A stretch of 59,888 bases of DNA, filler included, from Rhizaria sp. SCN 62-66 (taxonomy: Eukaryota): NCBI GenBank assembly GCA_001724265.1. It is 2 parts of 2 records of this genome, joined end to end, with 100 filler letters (N's around TTAATTAATTAA, not from the genome) between each part and the next. Parts side by side here need not be neighbours in the genome. Positions count along the whole stretch, not along the records: positions 30,000 to 59,888 come from MEDY01000375.1; 1 more part is not named here. One strand, given 5' to 3'. Each line of letters starts with the position of its first letter. The first letter of the stretch is position 1. Positions 48,101 through 55,530 of the stretch are shown piece by piece. The position numbers and the translations under genes were made by a program. The notes beneath the pieces were generated by a model that was given only the letters and a program-made list of their open reading frames with translations, was not told where the DNA came from and made no database searches.

Positions 48101-49609
48101 GGCAGCCGCAGCAACAGGGTCCGCTGCGCGGGCAATGGAGGCAGCAGCGATTGCTTTAGCTGCGTTCGGATCCATTGCAACAGCCACGTTTGCGGCGGGA
48201 CTCTGGTTCGGAGCGTCATCAGCTCTGCGAGTGTTGGTATCGTCGTCAAGTTTGCTGTCGTGCGTCTCGTTGTTGTTGTTGGTTTTATCACTTTTTTGAG
48301 TACGCTTTGCTGCTGCTGTTGCTGCAGCAGCTGTCGCTTTTGCTCCAGCAAGAGGTGAGTTCTTCGGTGATGATCTAGTGAGTACAGCGAGCAAGTCAGG
48401 CCGCGTCGACAGCAAGTCAAGCGGCGGGAAGTTAGGCCGCGGCGAAGACACACTATCAAGCCCTTGCCCTCCTGCTGCGGGCGTTACTGGCGAGAAGACC
48501 GTGGCTGTTGCGGCCGCAGCAGCCTTGGCGGCGGTCAGCGCGGCCTCCACTCCTGCTGCCCGGTCTAAGTGACCCTGCGGCGAGATGTAAGTGTCGGAAG
48601 TAAGGGGCCGCGTGGGCCGGTACACGTGACCAAACAGCTCGCCCTGCGCTGCAGCGAGCGCAGTCGCCTCGGTCGCAACAGTCGCGGAGGCAGCCGCAGC
48701 AGTTGCGGCCGCGGTATTTGTCGTCGCAGCAGCAGTCTTATTACTGTCGTTACTGCTGCTGCCGCTGCTGCCGCTGCTGCTGCTGCTGTTGTTGCTCACT
48801 GGAATGTTATGGTTGTTGATGCTGTTAATGTCGCAAACACCGGGGATGTTGTCAGCGTAAGCGGCCGTGGCGAAGGCTGTCGTGGGCAGCATGAACGGCC
48901 CCAGTAGTGCGCGGGGGTCTTTGAGCGCGCCCGCGCCCGGCACTAGCGCCTCCGCGCGCGCGCGCTCCTCCTCCGTCGCGTCCACGGCCGCCGCGCTGCC
49001 CGCCTCGCCATCGCCGAGGTCGCTGCCGCCGCTCGCGCTGCGGCCAAGCGGCGAGTGGAGCCGGCTGACGCCCGCCTCGAGCGAGTCGACGCGTGCGAGC
49101 ACCGTGTCGACGTCGACGAACACGATCGCGTGCTCAGAGCGGCGCCGCGCGTCGGCGACGATCGACGCGCGCCGTTCCGCGCGGGCGGCAACGCCGTACG
49201 CGGACCCACCGCCCGCGGTCGGCGACGCAGCTCCGAGACTCGACGAGCCGGAGCCGGAGCCGGAGCCGGAGGCTGAGCCCGGCGTGGTCGGGGGCGGCAG
49301 CAGCGCGGCGGCGGCGAGCTCCAGCGTGCTGAGGGGCCGCGGGGGGAAAGCGGCGCCGTGCGCGGGCACGCGAAAGGAAATGCTGGCGCGCCGCTGCGTC
49401 GGGGCAGCTGCACCGGCCGCGGTCGGGGTCGCGCCAGCGGCAGCATGAGAAGACGAGGACGATGAGGTGGGAGAGAGGGTGGGCGCTGGGGAGGCTGCGG
49501 CAGCGGCGCGCGGGGATAGGTGGGGCGGCCCAAAAACGGGGGCGCCGGCGATATGCACCTCGCCGCGCAAGGTGAGAGACCCGCGTCGCATGGACTGCTG
49601 GGTCGCCAT
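39125..49609 (-). CDS. Giant (3494 aa) single-ORF low-complexity protein with one IQ-like calmodulin-binding motif
   Basis: 10.5-kb uninterrupted ORF from ATG to TAA with the same Ala/Ser/Asn codon style as neighbouring genes. VVLIQRWWRRRRAVVRAR (~40900-40955) fits the IQ consensus IQxxWR. Confidence 0.8.
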   Translation of the reverse strand: MATQQSMRRGSLTLRGEVHIAGAPVFGPPHLSPRAAAAASPAPTLSPTSSSSSSHAAAGATPTAAGAAAPTQRRASISFRVPAHGAAFPPRPLSTLELAAAALLPPPTTPGSASGSGSGSGSSSLGAASPTAGGGSAYGVAARAERRASIVADARRRSEHAIVFVDVDTVLARVDSLEAGVSRLHSPLGRSASGGSDLGDGEAGSAAAVDATEEERARAEALVPGAGALKDPRALLGPFMLPTTAFATAAYADNIPGVCDINSINNHNIPVSNNSSSSSGSSGSSSNDSNKTAAATTNTAAATAAAASATVATEATALAAAQGELFGHVYRPTRPLTSDTYISPQGHLDRAAGVEAALTAAKAAAAATATVFSPVTPAAGGQGLDSVSSPRPNFPPLDLLSTRPDLLAVLTRSSPKNSPLAGAKATAAAATAAAKRTQKSDKTNNNNETHDSKLDDDTNTRRADDAPNQSPAANVAVAMDPNAAKAIAAASIARAADPVAAAAAASAAAAATAERLLSLPPGTANPGLVGRRHITEAGSTPPRGGDVGPPLRARALGDTREAQTGFAASREAEVAALVAAQQQALADRAAAARALSRARAEAAASARARAANAVALAVGAGCGSDPATTTAVVAAAAAGAGAGVGDDEDSDCDTVCDYEGDGAGGGLTDPRYVRRNNKADSHRDITNGNDSVNNPGANMSGRRETAAVAYSDSDDEEDVYYNPEAAAVAAAPATPAPKSGLSNVNSKAKTTANTPRASSPVAASSNQTATARSRLAPASASASVPAHGIASGRGRTARASRRGVYVDKYPVNRGPTSREALEAAAAAAEAEAAARAAAEEAVIAAEISAEKAAAAAARAAAEAAAAAAAAEAKTKAEAETLARRGGWLAPPASATAAAVDSETGSNSDKHHRRPDFAQGRPTNRPSLFVPPQTPGASFNAIYNAQRAASTSGGGATVAFSPDSSAIAPSSGVVDSRDDVSAAAAGFRGFLHADAAAALTSSQVDQLALLAGRESDVLGRPLTTSATVMAAAVDAAFAPSGGNTGDSNDDFALIAPVVNNAHVAAVGEAQEPQQREPEEQQWAAPRAYASVPETALALTLPSHNTQIKRATPTNIPLPPPSPPPVNNTTDSDNRNLPPAPVGPFTAAGAAAWARREVKPLTEDEEHALIHPPPLPAAATAAATNASDGKNNKRVEFEKNNSANDSNVSARASAVKAKPRPLFGAGCGDGLYSAYDAMVTDKNTKDAGSGLRQVTSTNTTNTTFSTAVAAGAPAASSSASSGASAVPWRLTAHFRDARGLLSHSELLASMAAVPVYSEGRYAAPSGGAFTALPRCDDAEKPRVDCSSGHTGNSQSDSHSASRDSHLSSDTRKRGSYDSRSSSSEAATTSVNVNASNEYKQACVNILSGYSNDYTHSDSNSNQDSNKSSADSSASANATSTSGQMSARTVPVALTPRAKHVSPKIAQDGSSKDKARASSPASASQDANWVRGTDRLQQCAAAGITEMAALFADTRAALGLGHRGSQFTASLGLKPEAELAREREQKGQQKGLSVTQENDEDDDDENIVLDLPMPTVSTQRRGHNSISNSSNNTNANTTPKSAANAPAAAPAATGVKRSVTARPSSSTGARAALAQNLAQTAVSRRARRGTTVTILGETRVFGPSGTFARAERLDPQTYSNVNTNNAVTKSDAQNTTTVVSAAGNGTAVGDQNITDANSSGAMSQRAARVLAQADRVFRKVIPKQAFAAAETDPSGIASPSKEKHSRGGNGSVDAARDSANMTTIGALEHDPDIVKKDDQANNSNVAGTTSYLHSGLSSSTTLTSAQLSPCFTVSTHSSTVHITDSNSTNSATNPVTAGSFPRAHRDGPGAGRATRLRPATAAGRLSRASAIAGGGAVAFSYGLNAGIAAAAAASTAHRSFLPPAAPAQASVLSGSKHVSTPSLADGGQRPSQLPYGPYEHAYAARHGRDALSFPVVDPATCAPLRDSRGRVVVDEATGLPALDPATGTVVGRVTVSRRGASHPASSDYAGLPNRDYVGDGARTAARVFGNESKGVAFTQAGRFAAAQPGPGVSVAPAAEAHTNTRLALRKPDARALLAPQSSFAAPVDIMTGKASTGGLTSWITGANEQHPHSRPIFSGPGNGAAASAAGMAEFTGHNAAAGLRRELSVRPRSAASASLVMRATAGGAAGGAGMGGVGFARARRELGVAYVAADGPRERMRLIMQAEKEAAALANKRKASGVDHASDNEGQNAPESGHAAAYSRGDDDIDGDDNAIMAQHPQHHHKGDQWERAWNARERYERAQARCNNNAHNIAFGHSGGDSQPQSPAAAADDQHPQSGSTSCTQILGIQDSQPDSQSQSQSPQSRSVRAHSSRPRTHAEREAAVLDSLAAAADAKRARDADTATLAEQARVARAKAAAERRAQSEAAEAEVVARTRQREQLWLTIITAIAAIPREVMRTKEPVAYLERVRARGRRARRTANHYDNANGHSSSSEDDSDDPLSPKRNLTVASTDNVHGKDGSSEVDVEAQHQAEQQRRRQRQRRDDEICASDSDPERADSTTGAAVPLTNPNIVYNYNANANTNNSNLNGVGARARGSRGAAAAAAGAVTMAVVTPIAPPLVGYWGGVAVDVATDAAGCERNERRRRRRSGKRSSGAGIGDRSAPTDTNKSKNSHSRSGNVVELDTNKAVPFRRTSNNTTGSNNNDRVNTNKPHSLFRTYNDSDADNDDEDETTHHQHGGWKADDDCDAYGYLHLPSYYAPPPLPQQYRVAAAAAAVATIANANPSTNLSASGNLSGSSCNNTNGSPRRRDRERDRNSGDGAAAADRERDCDRARAFRLRMLSFSARWAHARARRVRDTAADVVRTVLTELSSRPFLPLIVQSFRRKVVLIQRWWRRRRAVVRARAGLLARIWDAVVADPDFRREIDALRLELSSTNGSLAIASGGTGKAGVATVAPGGRRNSASGGGRGGGAAAAAGGGVIVLAPGRPMLFSEPDACYLGAVAQAQAAFYYVMLQRQQHHHGHQPSLYYAPTAGHLHVTAAPGSASSGKGRRLSGIIAPPGGANAAAATRPALERLPTLMSTGGAPGSESAGVRPVALPSQNWGVTSLVWDASDPATASVMRLRAALQTTALLPPPFKASGRAAETLEAAAAAVAAAEEREREADSAARAAAEAEAAYVAEARARAKADAESGIDDVAFFNSNSNSISGVAGLRALDTTVMGDSSASAANSVRASALSASSSSESLALASVTAAAAGSGAARGDMFDFGTAQSVLSSSASSSASASASASAAGSASVSASSSSASLMPVTITAMGAAVAPIVALPAGAHNGKHNSQQQQQLQQHDAAAAAAAIAAAAAETEAQRLLVQRWGTYTGIPLTAQLAATRAGYVDIARQRRALLRTGTLRAAGAAAGAAGAAGEHAGVEGAALGALGLGLGLELGGGAAGGWRLDDGQRTAARRRLWHHWVSKREVRAWVLAAVAEAYGGRPVNGVEDA

Positions 49610-50009
49610 GACAGGGCGCGGAGCTGGTTGGCGCTAAGGGGAGGTTGGCTGCACAAGGGGTCCAAGAAGGGGAGTAACTTGCGTGCCAGGAAGGGAATAA
49701 AAGGGGATGTCGGAAATATAAAAGAAGGATGTAAGACCTTCAAACATATATACTTTGCATTACAAAAATCAGAAGCAGAGACGGCCATTTTGCAGAGACA
49801 TGGACTTGCATATTTGTCATGTTTGAACAGAGCTGAACGACCCGTTCGACAACCGACCGACGACAGCCAACGATATGACCGTTAGAGAACGGCGTTGATT
49901 CGAAAACACTTCACAGTGGCGTGGTTAGTCCGTTACTCTAAATGTAGTCACTATAACCAAGAAACCCTGCTTATGTTACATGTTTTCTATTTATTATTTT
50001 CTTCAACAG

Positions 50010-51767
50010 ATGGAGCGTCGTAAGCGTCTGTATGCTGAAACCACCACCACGCTCGAGTCCCTCGACGCAGACGGTACGCTATCTTCCCTCTTTTCGCACA
50101 ACTTTCCATTTCTTTTTCACACAAATTCACAGTCACATACTTATACTAAACATGTTTTCTTACTAATTAATTCTGTCTAATCCCCGTTACAGTTGAGTCT
50201 GCATGCGCAGCGATCCAGCTCGCAGCGGACGAGGCCTGTGATGAGCTCGACTCCGACCTCCGCACTTTGCTCGCTGGTATCAACCCTACCCTGCGCGCCG
50301 TTCCGCTTGCGCGCCTGATCACGGCCTTTGGCGGCAACTTTGGCGACGCGCTGCGCGAGAAGGCGTGGTTGGCTGCCTCGGAGTTCACCGGTTGGTCCGA
50401 GGCCGCGGGCCCCCGCCTCGCCCCCTCGACCCCCACGCACAACAACAACAACAGCAGCAGCAGCAGCAGCGCCAGCGCCGCCGCGAGCGTCGAGGACATC
50501 GTGCGCATGACACCCGCGTCTAAGCGCCGCCTGCGCCCGGCCGCGGCCGCCGCCACCGCCGCTGCAGCAGCCGCCGCGGCCGCCGCGGCCGCCGCGTCCG
50601 CTGCCGTCACGGCCGCTGCCGGCACGGCCGCCGCGGCTGCCGCGACCTCGCGCCGCCCCGCCGCCGCTGCCCCGGTCCGCGCGCAGCGTTTTGCAGTCTC
50701 CGCCTCTGCCTTTGCGGCCGAGATTGAAGCCGCAGCTGCCGAGCCCAGCACCGACAAAAACAGCAGCAACAACTCTACTATGCGCGTGACCCGTAGCCGC
50801 GCCAGCACGACGCCCAGCGACGCCGTCGTGGCCGCGGACGAGGACGCCGTGGTAGCCGCCGACAGCGACGGCCGCGACTCGGCCAAGGCCGGCGCCGCCG
50901 CTGCGGACGCGGGCAACCGCCGCTCGACGCGCACCTCGACCTCCAGCGCAACCGTACGTTTCGCGAGATTCAACACCGATAACAGACTTCTCCAAGTTTT
51001 AATGTGAGTTATTTTATGTCTTCCAATGGTGAAACTTTTGATGACGAAGTTGTATTGATCAAAGCTCACGTTTAATTGCTGCTCGAAATCCCTATCTTGA
51101 TTCCTTTTCATTGCAGTCGTCGACGAGCTCTGGCTCCGCGACCGCGGCTTTCCAGCAGGCCTTCGCCGCCGCACCCGCGCCAACCGTGAACATCCCGCCC
51201 TCAAGCACGTTCTTCAAGTCCTCCGCGCGCACTCCTGCCGCCGCTGCCGCTGCGGCTGCCGCCGCTGCCGCCGCTGCAGCGGCGACCCAGCCTGCTGTCA
51301 AGCGCACGCGCGCCGCCGCCGCCGCTGCCGCTGCCTCCAGCTCCAGCGCCTCTGCGGGTGCGTCGACGCGCAGCAGCCGCCTGAGCACGCTCGCCGCGGC
51401 CACCGCCGCGCCCGCGGCCTCGGCGACGCGCCGCAAGGCCTCTGTGCTGCTCTCGTCGTCGGCCTCCTCGGCGGCGCTGGCGCTGGGCAGTTCCGGCGCA
51501 GGCAGCGGCGGCGCCAGCGCGGGCGCGCGCGCTGGGGCCGGGTCCCGCAAGGCCTCGGTTGCGCTGGGCGTTACGGCTGCGGCGGCGTCGGCGTTTGGGC
51601 TGCTGGCGGCCGGCGAGGGGAGCGAGAACAGCGCACCCGCAGCTTCCTCCGCCCACGGTCACTTGGCCGGGGTCGGCGCAGCGGTGGAGAGGGCATTTAA
51701 GACGGCCGACGCGGGGGCCAAGACCGCCGCGGGCAGCAAGCGCACCGCCAGTGCGCTGCGCCGCTGA
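50010..51767 (+). CDS. Borealin/Nbl1 N-terminal-domain-like protein (candidate chromosomal passenger complex subunit); exons 50010-50073, 50193-50953, 51117-51767
   Basis: Spliced N-terminus LESLDADVESACAAIQLAADEACDELDSDLRTLLAGINPTLRAVPLARLITAFGGNFGDAL follows the Borealin-N pattern (D-x-E/D-V-E..helix..P-x-L-R..GG), then a basic Ala/Ser/Thr/Arg tail. Introns GTACGC..CAG and GTACGT..CAG keep frame. Stop TGA. Confidence 0.55.
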
Positions 51768-52394
51768 GCTACTGTGCGATGAAGCAAGAACCACTGCGAG
51801 AGAGTGAGCGAGTATGAGTATGGGAGGGAGGTTTGAGATAAAATGGCCAGGGTCCAGGCTGGCGTCCGTGCGCGCGTGACAACAGTTACGAGTTGCGCCA
51901 GAATGGCGCGCGATTGGCACTGCTGGGGCGGACCTGCTTCTTGGAGGAGCGGGACGCTGTGGCAGTGCGACAACATGTGCGCGCGGGCGCAGGCGTGCAG
52001 TGCGCGACATGATATGGACGTGAGTAACGTCACATTCGTTGACGCAGACATAGCACAATATAGAAAATTAAGTGAATAAAACATATGATTATTACATTTC
52101 AAGTTGCTTTATGACTTTTATTTTGCAGTTATGTCTCAAAAGCGTAACTTACGCGCGTTATGCAATAGTTTGTCGATATTGAAGTCTGAATCTTACTCGG
52201 CTTACAACAACGGCCACAGGATCGTCAAGTGGAATCTATCTTGTACGATGTCTACTGCGAGAGTTTGATCGTTGATATTGCGGCCACACTCTCATCAAAG
52301 ATATATACAACTAATATCTATTTTACTATATTCTTGTCTTCTCAAATTTTAAAATTAGTTCGCTTCGGCCGCTAAAGTAACCTCGAGTCAGCAA

Positions 52395-53000
52395 ATGGTA
52401 CGTCCCCTGCCGCCCCTTCTCCGCCCCTCTCTTGCCGCAGCCACACTGCAGATTCTAACATGCTTTGCGATGTTATGTATTGCCACTTTATAGGACTTTG
52501 CCGGCCAGCGCCTTGCAGAGCGCATCTATACGTTCTTGATCATCGGCTTCACCACTCTTGGCTTCGTGCTCGGCTACATCAAGGACGATTTCGGCATCAC
52601 CACCACTTTCTGGAAGATTGGCGCATTCCTTGCTCTTATCGTACGTTATACTATTGCTCAAACTTGATATCACTAGAAATAGTATCATTTTGATCTTATC
52701 TCTCCTCTTGACCATGTCATGTATATACCCATATCTTTGGTGGTAGACCATAATCTTCTTTGTCTTTTGCTGACGCACCTTTCTATTTATTACTCTCAAC
52801 CTCTCTCCCACCTTGCTTTTTCTTACTTACTGATGAATCTTGCACAGATCTGCATTCCTAGCTGGCCCTGGTTTAACCGCAACCCGCTCCCGTGGCAGAA
52901 GCCCGCCTCTGCTGCTGCCACCGCCACTACTAACGACAAGAAGGACAAGAACTCCACCAGCAGTAGCATCGAAATGAAGCCTCTCACCAAGAGTGATTGA
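52395..53000 (+). CDS. SPCS1: Signal peptidase complex subunit 1 (SPC12); exons 52395-52397, 52494-52640, 52848-53000
   Basis: Spliced product MDFAGQRLAERIYTFLIIGFTTLGFVLGYIKDDF..ICIPSWPWFNRNPLPWQ has the diagnostic MDF-x-GQ-x-LAE and P-x-WP-x-F-x-R-N-P-L-x-W motifs. First exon is the ATG alone. Stop TGA. Confidence 0.92.
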
Positions 53001-53341
53001 GTTGTCTTGTAGTTTGATGGCGTCATACACGGCTTTGGGTTTGCTCTGTGTTTGTTGGGTTGAAAGCGTGTCACCAAACGCTGGTGCTGTGACGCGCTGT
53101 CTTATGTTGTGCAATGTGGTTTTCCGTTCGTGCTTTGAAGGAAGTTTGTTTCATAATACTTGTTTATCTAGAAGAATACACTCATATCTTTTATAATACG
53201 CATTGTTCGATACTATATAATCATTCTTGTCAGCCTTCGGCCTCACGGCGACGCGGAATGTGTTCTCTGTTCAGTAAGGAGCAGCAAAGAAGCCAATCTG
53301 AGACCGTATCCACAGTCCACACGCACACAATCGAATTCCAC

Positions 53342-54799
53342 TCACTTCTATCCTTGCTGTACCTGTTGCTGCTGCTGCTGCTGCTGTTTCTCCCGCTTGT
53401 GCTGTTTGCGGAGCTCGCGCTCCTGCTCGCGCTGCTGCTCCTGCAGCCGCGCTCGAGCGGCCGACTCCTCCCGCTGCCGCAGCTGCTCTGCTGATAACCC
53501 GCCCTTGCCCGCGCCGGCGTGGGCGCCGGCGAGGGCGCTAGTGCTGTTGCGACCGCGGCTGGAACCCATCTCGCCCAAGCGCACGTCGCCGCTGGTGTCG
53601 TCACTGCCGCCGCCGCTGCCGACGCTGTCGACGCCGACGCCGCTGCTGCTGCCCCCGTGGCGCAAGAGCCCCTGCTGCTGCTGCAGATAGAGCTGCTGCT
53701 GCTGCGCCTGCGCCTGGTAGGCGCGGTAGTCCTCGCGCGTGGCGAGCACAACCTCGCAGTTGGCCACGCGCCAGCGGGCGAGCGCGCGGGGAAGCGCGGC
53801 GGCGGCCAGCGCGGCGACGGCGAGCGCGGGGGGCGCGAGCAGCGCGGCGTCGGCGGCGGGCGAGCCGAAAGCGAAGAGGCGCCGCACCGTCACAGTCACG
53901 CGGTCCTTGTCCTTCTCGTCGTCGTCGCTGCCGGCGGCGGTGTCGGAGATGGAGCTGAAGTCCTGCCCCGCGCCGGCGATAAGCATGACTGCCCAGACGA
54001 GGCCGCAAACGGCGAACACGAGCAGCGCTAGCACGTCCGCGGCCGCGGCCACGGCAGCGGGCGCCAGCCCGCGGCGCCACGACAGCGCGAAGACGTACTT
54101 GAGGCGGATCTGGTACGGCGAGTGGCAGACCTCGCATAGAGACCGCGCGTCGGCCGCCGCGGGGCGCAGCGACGCGGGCAGCCGCGAGAGCACGTTGGAC
54201 AGCGGGCTGCCGCCGCTGCCGTTCGCGCTGCTGCCGTTGCTGATGTTGTTGTTCGAAGACGGCGGGGGCAAGGGAGGATAGCGCGGCACGCCGTCAGCCG
54301 TGTAGGGAGCGAATGCGGCGGCGGCGTCGCGCGTGCTCACGTAGCGGCTCCCCGCCTCGCTACTATGGGACCCCAGCTGCGGGGGCGCGTAGTCGCGGTC
54401 GGCGTCGAGCGAGGGACGCGTCTGAATCCACCGCTGGAGGCAGTCTGTGTGTACGAGCGCGAGTCCGCCCGAGCAGAGGCAGGGCGCGATCAGAGTCTCA
54501 GGCTCCTCGGGGCTGCCGCAGATGCGGCAACGCTCCGTGTCCTCGTCCTCGTCCTCGTCCTCGCCCTCGGCCGCGCTCGCATCGCGGGCAAGTCCTGCTG
54601 CCGTTGCCGCTGTCGCGGCCGGAGGGGCGAACTGAACGGGAGTATGGGTCTGTGTGGCGTCGCTGGCGTTAGTGGCGTTGTTGCTGTTGCTGTTGCTGTC
54701 TTGGTCGTCGTCGTTGTCGTTGTCGTGGAGACGGGCGTGGGCCGAGTGGGGCAGGCCGGACGGGTAAGCGTCCAGTCCGGCGCTAGAAGGGTCTTCCAT
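53342..54799 (-). CDS. Membrane-associated RING-CH (MARCH-type) E3 ubiquitin ligase with two TM helices; TAG at 53348-53350 followed by AAG TGA
   Basis: CRIC..LIAPCLCSGGLALVHTDCLQRWI..CEVCHSPY is a C4HC3 RINGv. Two downstream hydrophobic segments and a Gln-rich tail. First ATG at 54799. Confidence 0.85.
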
Positions 54800-55530
54800 G
54801 GGGAAGATGGCAACAGCCGGGGCTGAGGTGGAGGATAAAGAGATGCGGACGTGGCGTCGGGTTGGGTCTCCTTCGTCTGATTGATTCAAGTGGAGTGGGC
54901 GAAAAGGTTCCTTGAGATATACGAGGTGAGTTTTATGTAATCGATCGTGTAATATAAATGATATGGATAAACGAGCACGTTACATTCTGATATATATTCG
55001 GCAGTCGCGTAGACGGATGTTTGGTGATGATATAGTCTTTGCTCGTTTGGTGCAAACCACACTAAGCTCGAACTGCTTGGATACCAAAACTATGAATTCC
55101 GAGCTGTAGCTAACAGAAGGAGCAGTAAAGTGAGCGCGGTCATGTACTCTTGTTAAGGCAACGTTTTGTTACTGGCCCGCGTGTTTCATATCCACAGCTG
55201 GCTTGCAGTGACGCTGCCACGCATGGTCTGCAACGGAGCGATGAAGTCATCGATGCAGTGCAGCGACGTACTCACCCGCACCTCTTCAGGACTACATTCT
55301 GCCTGGTCGTTTTGCTTTTGTCTCACTTCAACTCTATTCACCATGACGCCATGCTTGTTTCTACTCAGACCCGTTTCTACACATTCATTCCATCCCTCAG
55401 CACTACAACCACAGCTGTTTATTCGTTAAAACAAGTTGCCATCTCGCGCTGCAGTCTCGACCTCTCGCGCTCCCCTTGCTGCTGCAACCCCTGCTGTGCA
55501 CACTGATTCCGCCTTGGTTGATCTCGCTTG

